DNA of 57,101 nucleotides from the NCBI RefSeq assembly GCF_000281045.1, contig NW_008246074.1, positions 643,588-700,688 of the forward strand. Direction: 5' to 3'. Source of the stretch: Saprolegnia diclina VS20 (lineage: Eukaryota). Below the pieces are notes generated by a model that saw only the letters and a list, made by a program, of their open reading frames with translations, had not been told where the DNA came from and did not search any database. This document shows, piece after piece, positions 36,014 through 44,912 of the stretch (positions are counted from its first letter, which is position 1; each line of letters begins with the position of its first letter). A program made the translations under genes and the position numbers.

Positions 36014-36832
36014 CTACAGGATAGCGCACATGTGCGACTTTTTCCGTGTTGGCCGGACCGTGCGATTCCTTCGGACGAGTCCCACGAGCGCGTCAAAGAC
36101 GGCAGGCACGTTCTCGCCCGTGAGCGCACTCGTCTCGACGTAGGTGGCGTTGTACGCTTGGGCAATCCGGCGGCCTTCTTCGGTCGGCACTTGACACTTG
36201 GCCGCGTCTTGCTGGATGACATCCTTCTTGTTGGCGACCAAGATGATCGGCGGCATCGGTCGCTTGTTTTCGTTGATCTGCATGTGCAGCTCGAAGAACG
36301 GCTGCAGCTCGTGGAGACTCGTGCGCGAGTCCATCGAGTACACAAACACATAAGCGTCCTTGTCCATCATCCACTGCGCGCGGAGCGACTCGAAATCGTC
36401 TTGTCCGGCCGTGTCGAGAATCTCGAGCATGCTCACGCGCCCTTGGACCTCGATGGTTTTGCGGTATGCGTCTTCGATCGTCGGGTCCCAGTCCCGCACA
36501 AAGTAGTCGCGCACGAAACGAAGCGTGAGCGCCGACTTACCGACGCCGCCGCTGCCGAGCACGGAGAGCTGGATGGTCTCTTGCCCGGAAGACATGGGCA
36601 CGCTCTTGTAGAAGGCTTCGCCGGCGCTGACGTAGAGGGTGTCGTTGTTTTGAAGCTCGTCCATGGACTGGATTTCGGCGCCTGATGCGAGAAAGATGCG
36701 CTTGGCGCGCATGCTCAGCTTCTTTCCGGTCGTCGACTTGAACGCGGCAAAGGTATCACTGGGCTTCACGGACACGACCTTGCCCTCGGAGCCCGCCTCG
36801 TTCTTGTAGACGAAGAGTCGCTTGTCCGTCAT
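36014..36832 (-). CDS. Ras-family small GTPase with N-terminal doublecortin/KHA-like domain, copy 2 (CAAX CAIL)
   Basis: Tandem paralog of 34791..35600 with the same G-boxes. ATG at 36832 (MTDKRLFVYKNE). Confidence 0.92.
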   Translation of the reverse strand: MTDKRLFVYKNEAGSEGKVVSVKPSDTFAAFKSTTGKKLSMRAKRIFLASGAEIQSMDELQNNDTLYVSAGEAFYKSVPMSSGQETIQLSVLGSGGVGKSALTLRFVRDYFVRDWDPTIEDAYRKTIEVQGRVSMLEILDTAGQDDFESLRAQWMMDKDAYVFVYSMDSRTSLHELQPFFELHMQINENKRPMPPIILVANKKDVIQQDAAKCQVPTEEGRRIAQAYNATYVETSALTGENVPAVFDALVGLVRRNRTVRPTRKKSHMCAIL

Positions 36833-37912
36833 GATGCGAGGCGATCGATATCGCAAATGAGACTGCGGTGCACGTGGACGACAATGGCCTGGAGGCGACT
36901 CTACCGCGCTTCGATCGAATGCCACATGGGTTCTCAAAACTGCGGGATGTCGAGTTTTCAGAACCGGCGCGTTGACCAATCACACGCGATTATATTTTAA
37001 TCTATGCTGTATTTCAGCCAATGATATCGCAACGATGGACCTCAAACTCAATTGTGGACTGCAATCCGTCTCTTTTTGGTGTCTGAGTAGCGTGAAAGAG
37101 TGAGGCTTTGTGGTCTCCCACTGTATCTGGCAGTTCGGGGCCGTGAAATCGATTCTGAGATGGACGTGTGATCGTGGACAGTATTGCGTGTCAATCAATG
37201 AGCATAGCGGGTCATGATAGCGGGAGGTCGCATCAAGTCCACTACGGTCTACGAAGCAGCAACCCTGCCCCAACTAAAATTTAGGCCTGCGATGTGAAGA
37301 AGAAGCTTAGCATGATTGGGGTCCATCCCGAGCTGTTCCTCTTATAGGTTAACTTACGAAAGCAGAACAAACCAACCTGTGTGTTCATGGTGCGAACTGT
37401 TCGATGTGCTCCGACTCACACTGTCAAGACAGAAGATTTCAAACATTTTGTCATGAGAGGCGGGCGCCGTACCGCACGTTGTGCACCGCATATCGAAGGA
37501 GCACTTCGGAAAACGACTCTGAATACTCGTTCGGCAACGTACCCCCGTCCGCGCTATCAGCTACCGCACGCAATCATTTTTTGCAATGGCCAAAATCAGT
37601 GGGTCAAAATCCTGCTCAAACTCAGCACTTGTGGTTTGATAGCCACACAAATCTCCAAGCAAGGGCCACCACTTAACTCTAGTGTGCACGAGCGTAGTAG
37701 CAGTGAAGCTAAAAGAATGGTTCCGAGGGTTCGACCCATGGGCCAATGCCAACACCTCATAGATGCACGTTGTTTTCACTCTTGGTTGTCAGGCGGTTGA
37801 AGTCCATATTTTGCAGGACCCTCCTCCCCTTTTATTGTAGGTCCCCTACTAGGGTGGGTCCCCTCCTCGGTCATCAAGCATGGATCGCTGGCAGCGAATT
37901 CTTTATCCGACG

Positions 37913-38512
37913 ATGATGCTTGGTCGCCTACCAGCCGTGGGCCGCGTCTTGGCCAGCGCCCGCCGCACGTTCCACTCGTCCATCGCACTTCAGTACGCAC
38001 CTTCGGTAGAGAGGCGGCGCTCATGCCGCTTGCGCTAGGCACGGCGCTGCGCCCGTCGGTGGCCCCACGGTGCCGATCAACTTTCGGCTCAAGGACGGCT
38101 CGATCAAGCAGGTAGCGGCCGCCGTCGGCACCTCGATCTTGGACGTCGCGCACGCTTTTGAGATCGACTTGGAAGGTACCGCTCGTGCCATGCACATCCT
38201 TTGCCTGACGATGTGTGCAGGCGCGTGCGAGTCGTCGCTGGCCTGCTCGACGTGCCATGTGATCTTCGAAGAGCCCGTCTTTGACGAGCTTCCGGAAGCC
38301 TGCGAGGACGAGGAAGACATGCTCGACATGGCCTTTGGGCTCACGGCCACGTCGCGCCTTGGCTGCCAGGTCATGGTCACCGAGGAGCTCGCCAACGCGA
38401 TCGTATGCATTCGATTCGTTCTGCGAGCACACGTCTCACGATCGAGTAGGTAACGCTGCCTGCGGCGACGCGCAACTTTTATGTGGACGGACATGTGCCC
38501 AAGCCGCACTAG
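37913..38512 (+). CDS. FDX2: Mitochondrial [2Fe-2S] ferredoxin (adrenodoxin/Yah1, FDX2 type), 4 exons
   Basis: Presequence MMLGRLPAVGRVLASARRTF; EGACESSLACSTCHVI; SRLGCQ; C-terminus ATRNFYVDGHVPKPH* after splicing. Confidence 0.93.
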
Positions 38513-38650
38513 GTCGTTCGTCTCCTTGGTCCCGTACACAACTCCTCGGTATCCGACAGAGACGCTCGTTTTCCTATATAACTTTAGCAGCGTCCTACAA
38601 CTCTTACTCGTCGCCTACGATCCTCGTGTATACAGTATGGTACAGAGCAG

Positions 38651-39805
38651 CTACGCCTTTGGCGCAGGCAGCGTATCGACTGGAATGAGCTCACCGGCCT
38701 CGAGGGCTGGCGCAACTGCATCGCCTTCCGTGGCAACTTGGCGGTGATGACCGCCGCGTGGCCGCAAGAGCTGCTTCTTCACACTAGCATCGTCGCCATA
38801 TCTCTCGGTCTCGTCGTCGTCATCGGTAGGACTCTCGTGCCCCGGCTTGACAGGGTTCGGTGACGCTGGCGGGTACTTTGTGTACAGGAGCGTGCTCAGC
38901 ATGACGCAGATCGAGGCGATGTACCCCGGTGCCCCAAATGCCTTGCCGTTCCAGACGCTCTCGAGCACGGCCGTCAAGAGCAAGCCGAGCACAACCGCAA
39001 AGCTCTTCTTGATGTTGCCCGAGTACTTGATCACAAAGCCGACAAGAACACCGCCGCATGCTTGTATGAAGAGCGTCACCAACGTCAGGCCCGTCCAGCC
39101 ATCCCAAAGCGGTGACGCGCTCTCCGCCGACGCGCCGAGCACAATGGGCCAGACGTTGGTAAAAATGCTGATGCCCGCTAGCTCGATCGTGACGACGTAC
39201 GCGTCACGCGCCTCGCGCTGCAGCGCCTTCTGAATGATTGTGCCGGCGAGCGCCGAGAGCACGGCGGCAATGCAGGCACGTGTCATGCCGGTGATGCGTG
39301 CGAGCTCGTCGGCGACGACGGCATTGGCCGAGCGGCCGCCGACCGCGATGAGCACGGCCGAGGCGACGAGGAGCACGAGCGCGCCGAGCTGAATATGGGA
39401 CTGGCGCTTCCCCAGCATGTAGTACACAAAGAGCGCGGTCCAGATGATCTTGGTCTGGTTGAGGACGTTGTACGTGACGCCGTCGAGCAAGATGACGGCC
39501 GTCTGGTTGAGGTAGTCTTGAACGACGTAGATGCAGGCGGGCAGCACCGTCGTGCGCAGCGCAATTGCCGGAGACCACTGCGAGAGCTCTTGCCGGCAGC
39601 GTCCGCTGACAAGCAGCGGTCCGAGCGCAAGGCCCACCTTCATGACGTTGATGACGACGATGCGCAGCGGGACGTTGGTGGCCTCGGCAGCGTACCACGC
39701 CATCAAGACAGGCTGCACGCCGATCTGCACCGCCAGCAGCAGCAGGAAGACCGAGCTCTTGCACGTATTCACCGAGTCGTCGATCATCGGCGGCGCCTCC
39801 TGCAT
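38651..39805 (-). CDS. Nucleotide-sugar transporter (SLC35A, CMP-sialic acid/UDP-galactose family)
   Basis: VLPACIYVVQ, TYNVLNQTKIIWTALF, GGVLVGFVIKYSGNIKKSFA; multiple TM helices. Start codon uncertain. Confidence 0.9.
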   Translation of the reverse strand: MQEAPPMIDDSVNTCKSSVFLLLLAVQIGVQPVLMAWYAAEATNVPLRIVVINVMKVGLALGPLLVSGRCRQELSQWSPAIALRTTVLPACIYVVQDYLNQTAVILLDGVTYNVLNQTKIIWTALFVYYMLGKRQSHIQLGALVLLVASAVLIAVGGRSANAVVADELARITGMTRACIAAVLSALAGTIIQKALQREARDAYVVTIELAGISIFTNVWPIVLGASAESASPLWDGWTGLTLVTLFIQACGGVLVGFVIKYSGNIKKSFAVVLGLLLTAVLESVWNGKAFGAPGYIASICVMLSTLLYTKYPPASPNPVKPGHESPTDDDDETERYGDDASVKKQLLRPRGGHHRQVATEGDAVAPALEAGELIPVDTLPAPKA

Positions 39806-40114
39806 CGCGCCAGTAGCTCGATGCAACCTGATCTCTTGCAACTGTCGATGCTAGCAACCCGTCGCAAAAACCGTCTAACCAATTCCCGTAGACAAGTACA
39901 CGTAGCTGTTGACGCGGCAGGGTGACGCGCCGTGGTCTCCAGAGTGCATACAAAAAGCTAGTTGAACCGATATACAGTATTTCTATTCGATCCATCCAGA
40001 TGGACTCGGAGAGCCCGGTGGCTGGACCCTGCAGAAGACTGCACTCCGCGGCATACTTCGGTACACTAGCGAGTCGCCGAGGCAGTGTGACCGGTTCCGT
40101 TGCACAGTCAACGA

Positions 40115-40335
40115 CACCTCGCTCGCGCTCGACTTCGACGAAGAGGACATCGGCGCGCGGGTCAGCAGCTTTCTTGTCAAGGCCGGCAAAATGATAGAAA
40201 TGCATGGCCTTGAGCTGGCTGTTTTCAAGCTTCTCAGTGAGGTCATGTTCTTCAATCGTTTGGCCGGCCTTGACAAGAAAGCTGCTGACCCGCGCGCCGA
40301 TGTCGTCTTCGTCGAAGTCGAGCGCGAGCGAGGTG
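40115..40335. repeat. Long inverted repeat 1 (arms 40115-40210 and 40240-40335, 29-nt loop)
   Basis: Hand alignment: 88 of 96 positions complementary, with only one mismatch in the outer 73 bp. Confidence 0.97.
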
Positions 40336-40684
40336 AAAATCTTGTCGTACGTGAGCATCGCCTTGTTAGCTCATTTGTCGATGATGCCGTTGATCTCTTC
40401 CCAAAGCTTGTCTTCGGGCACGTTCAGCAGGCTGTAGTCGCCCCTACGGTCCCACGAGGTCTTCATCAGGAACTCGAAATACCCCATGGGAGCGAATGAG
40501 TCACGGACCGGAGCACACGTCGCTGCGTAGCACCGGTTGGTTCGTTGACACTTGCGCTGCATGGAGGTCTTGTACTCGAGGCGCGCCCGCTTCCACACGA
40601 CCACGTCACGGCGGGCGATACTCTTGAACTCCGGGCGCACAAGCTGCGAGAGCACGACGACGCCGCTTGTCCTGGAGCCGCCAT
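40211..40684 (-). mobile_element. Degenerate Ty3/gypsy-like retrotransposon gag fragment
   Basis: VVWKRARLEYKTSMQRKC...VRDSF...WEEINGIIDK*ANK...LALDFDEDDIGARVSSFLVKAGQTIEEHDL resembles oomycete gypsy gag (by recall). In-frame TGA at 40371-40373, 5' frameshift, no pol nearby. Confidence 0.6.
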
Positions 40685-41050
40685 CGTGTTGCGACCCGAG
40701 ATCGTCTTTGTGAGCGCGTAGTGGTTCGCTGACGTCAACTTTGTGACAGACAACACCAGACAAAGGGAGGCCGTACTCCCAAACACCGACGTGTGTACTT
40801 GAATGCAAGTAGGAAACTAGAGCTAGCTGACTGCTGAAGCCCTGGCCACAGGCTCCTGTACAGTCCCATCGCAACGGTTTTTCGGTAGGACTACCAGTGA
40901 TAGATACAAACACCTCGCTTTGTCTCGACCTAGTGGTTTGAAAACCGTGTAGATATGAATATCCAGTGCTCAACCACTGTATGAGGCAGCAACTGCCACA
41001 GACTGTAGTAGCTCTTCGCAGCGTGGAGACGGATTGGGAAGAAACGGGCC

Positions 41051-41477
41051 GTGATATCTGTCTGTCTCGTCATGCCACCGATATCTTCGATCCACGCTGC
41101 AAAGCTCTACCGCATTTACGAAAAGGAGCTCGCCAAATACCTCGAGGCGCCCGCCAAGAAGAAGGACGACCAAGGAAACGAGATCAAGCCTTCGCCGGAA
41201 GATGTCGCCAACGGCACGAAGGCTTGGTCCATCATCTTCAGCATGCTGATCAGTTCTTGAGTGAGGGCGATGATGTTGGTCGACGTGGTTGCCTCAGCGC
41301 TTCGTTCAGCGCCTTGGTGACCTCGTACGTCGCCGTCTTGCTGTTCGCGTACAGCCGATGCACCGGACGTAGCAGCATGATGAAGATGATGGACCGAGCC
41401 TTTATTTAGTTGGCGACATCTTCCGGCGTAGGCTTGATCTTGTTTCCTTGGCCGTCCTTCTTCTCGGCGGGCGCCTC
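41051..41477. mobile_element. Degenerate Ty1/copia-like gag fragment, partly inverted
   Basis: Plus strand IYEKELAKYLEAPAKK...KAWSIIFSML. Minus strand KARSIIFIMLLRPVHRLYANSKTATYEVTKALNE.../TNIIALTQELISM. Resembles the copia gag (UBN2-like) pattern; contains a stop and a frameshift. Confidence 0.55.
41144..41477. repeat. Long inverted repeat 2 (arms 41144-41248 and 41373-41477, 124-nt loop)
   Basis: Hand alignment: 94 of 105 positions complementary, no indels. Confidence 0.97.
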
Positions 41478-41774
41478 ATCAACACCGCTTTCCGCCTCTA
41501 ATGCCAGTACGCACGGAATCGTGGCGGTACCGACGCCCATTTGAGGCAACAAGCAGTGTTGCGAGGCGCTTTACGAGCCATAACGACTACGGTAGAGATG
41601 TGCTCAATAAGGTGCGCCGTCGACCGAGTGCATATGTCAGCAGTGTTTTCGTGCCACGTAAGGACACAGTGCTCGAAGTCCTCGACCAGCGATAGTCGGG
41701 GTAAATGGAGGTCACATCGACACCATACAAACGGTCAAGTGTCGGTTTCGACCTTAAAAAAAGGCAGCAGTGCC

Positions 41775-44564
41775 ATGGACACCGTGGACTTGGCCGCGCT
41801 CCGCGAACAGATCGCCGCGTCCAAGCAGCCGCGTCGCAACCAAGATGAGGACGAGAGCAACAACAACAACGAAAATTGCAACCGGAGCCACGACGAGCGG
41901 CGCCCGTTTTCGCTTACGTCCGCAAGTGCACCGGAGAAAGCGTCCGCCGAGCCGCGCCGACGGCACCACGGCGACGCCTTGCCATGGCCCGAGATCACGT
42001 CAGACGCGGTCGCGACCGTCGCATCAACGCTTGCGAGCATGTACCAGAGCGTGCTCGAGAGCCACGAAGAGTTTGCCTTGTACCTCGAGACAGAACCGTT
42101 CGACATCGAGCTACCGGATACGTTGTTGCATTCGACCAGAGCGCACCACGAGAAGGTGCGCGAGTTTCTACAAGACGCAGTCGCACGCTGCAGATCCGAT
42201 TTTGAGGCACAGATTACCGACGTCTGTGCGTCACTCCAAGAGGCGTTCGACACGCAGGCGTCTCATGTCGACCGCGAGGTCCGGCACCAGCGCGACCGGA
42301 CGACGTCGTCGCTCAAGCGCAGCCGCGTCGCGATCCAGAAGCAAGTCGATCACTTTACCAACCTCGAAGCGTGTTTGCGCCGGCACGAGATGCACCAGCT
42401 GCAAGCGCTTCACGACGAAAAGATGGCTCGCGCCCAGGCCGACTGGGACGAAAAGGAGAAACGGTACAACGCGTAGTAGCAGTGTATCCAGGGACGATGC
42501 ACCGTCGATATCTCCTAGGCACCGCGACATGCTTCTGCAGCAAAAGTGCGCGATCGGCGGCATCGAGCGCACCAACAAGATGCTCACGACGATGGTCGAC
42601 GACGCGCACGCCGAAGTCGAAAGACTCAAACACCTCATGCACAGCCTTGACGTCCGCAAGACGACGTCCAACGTCATCTCCGAGGTCTACGTGAACTCTC
42701 TGCGAGACTCGGCGCGCCGCGCCAACGAAGTTGCAGACGCGTACGTTGAACGTCGTCCATGGTATCACGATACAGAGGTTCTCGTAGCCTGCGCCTGGAT
42801 CTCGAAAAAGTGCAGCGCGATGCAGACGCCGTCGCAGCAACCAACACGCACCTCCAGTCGCTCGTGGCCGACCGCGACACAGAGCTTCAGAAAGTCCGCG
42901 CGCTCCTGACCGAGTCGAGCCAAGAAATCATGACCTTACACAGTACGTTCAAGCTACCGAATGATAATTCCACCAATGGAGCCTAGACATCAACGAGGTG
43001 ACAGGCGACGATCTTCGGGAAGCCAAAGTCCGAATCCAGGATTTGTGCGTCGAGCTTGACGCGATCAAGGTACCACCTTCAATCGTCTTCCAAGCCCTCT
43101 CTCATGTACCGAGTGCGTAGGTCGATTTGGGCGCGCAGACGGAGCTGGTGACGGCAGGAGACGCCTACGTGGCGCAGCTCACGACGCGTGTGGCCCACCT
43201 CATTGACCAAATGAACGCTCTACTGACCGAGCACGACAGCGCGCGGGCGACGTGGGCCACCGAGAAGGACGAGCTGACGCAAGAAGTAGCGAGTTTGCGA
43301 GCACAGTTGGCCGCCCTGCCTGGGCCCGACCCGACCGAAAAAGCCGTCCAAAGCATCTACAAGCCAGCGAGTAAACCATTGCAGCTGACCACCGTCGCAG
43401 CCGTGTCGCGCAGTGTGCAGCGACTCAAGTCCCCGCTCAAGAAGAGCCACCAGTACCGAGGCAAGCCCGAGTACGAGTCGGTGGCCCGCGTGCTCGAGCA
43501 AGAGAAATTTGACGTCCCTCCCGAGCGCGTCGAGCGGTGGGATTTGAATGTAAAAAATGGGTTTCAATCCTAGGGCTAGGGCGATCTTGCTCGAGGCGAC
43601 GCTGCGGGAGGCGATCACGTGCCAGCTCACGTACGAGTTCAAGCGCGCGTTCTCGACGCAGCTCCAGAAACGACTGCAACTCGAGCGGTACATTTTGGAC
43701 CAAAAAGTCGACGTTGTTTTCAACAAGTACCTCACCGACGAGCGCGCAGCACGTAAAAAGAGCGGCGGCCAACTCATTTGCCGGAAAAAATCCAAGAAAG
43801 CCCTTGTCGACGCCACAGTGCCCATCCGCCGCGTCAGAGACTTTATCAGCCAGAGCTACGAAGCCATGGGCGTCGCCGAGTGGAACGGCGAGGACATTGC
43901 GCAGCTCCAAGACGACATCAAGCAGCTCCAAGGGGTGATTGCAGACCTCCAAACGGACGCAACGCAGCATTTGGCGCGAATTCAAGCGCAGCAACTGAGC
44001 CTCGCCGAGGCCGACCTCTTCCAGAAGGAGCGCGACTTGCTCATCGTGGGCTTGACCGAGAAGCTCCGCGTATTGCGGGCCGAGGCCGACGCTCTCAAAG
44101 TGCAGCTCGCGCGCTTCGAGCTGCAGCCGTCGATGCCCCAACTCTTCAGCGACGCGGGCAAGAAGCTGCTCGATGTTCGAGGCCAGCTGCCCCACGTGGA
44201 CTCCCGGCCAACGTCATCAACGACCCCAAGCGCGAGGCCCATGTCAGCCGTGCCAACGCCCACCAAAGCCAAGATGCCGTCGGGAAAACGCCGGCCAATG
44301 ACATCGCGGAGCCACGGGGTTGGCGCGCCGCCCGAGCACGCGCGAAGTGTCTTGAAGCGCGACCTGCTCATGCCACGCGTGAGTTCAAATCTCACGTCGA
44401 CACCCGAAGAGACGCCACAGAAAGCGGGAGGCACGTTTGTGGCCAGCCTCTGGGTCGGCGAGGCCGGGGTACGCTGCTAATACCGATCTTCTTTCATTGA
44501 TCGAACCGACGTGAACTTGTAGATGCAGCATATTCTGGACCGACGACGTCGTCGAAAAGCGTGA
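41775..44564 (+). CDS. Long coiled-coil hypothetical protein, multi-exon
   Basis: ATG at 41775 (MDTVDLAALREQ). Successive heptad-rich ORFs linked by short GT-AG introns. Last exon inferred after an intron starting at 44469. Confidence 0.7.
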
Positions 44565-44912
44565 CCAAGTTATGTGCTCAAATGCCGAGCCTACTTTGAA
44601 AGCCAGGCGCGATTCGCGTAGTATAAAGTTGGGTGGCGCGAGATAACATTTTCATTATGTATCATCCAACCAAATGCCACAAGAAGGTTGGGAGCGGCGG
44701 ACCGTCACAATTACTGCAATAGTATCCAAGAAACAAGAGCGCAACAGCTATTATTTGGTTGACCTTGCAGCCCTGACCCCGCTATTTGACGACGATTCTA
44801 TTATGGTCGACTGGTATAATGTAATGCTTCGACTTAATGCCCCATGTCTGACTGAACACTCTTCGCTTCAAGATGCTGAAGCGGCACATGGAGAGTTGGC
44901 GTACGAAGAGGC

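Noticed and set aside
37690..37745. GGTTCGACCC T-loop-like motif suggesting a tRNA
   Set aside because: No acceptor, D or anticodon stems could be built.
39204..40358. 384-aa ORF crossing hairpin 1 into the transporter
   Set aside because: Chimera of the gag relic, its own antisense arm and an off-frame read of the transporter.
40371..40373. In-frame TGA in the gag frame as possible readthrough or selenocysteine
   Set aside because: It lies in a truncated, frameshifted relic; a CGA-to-TGA decay mutation is simpler.
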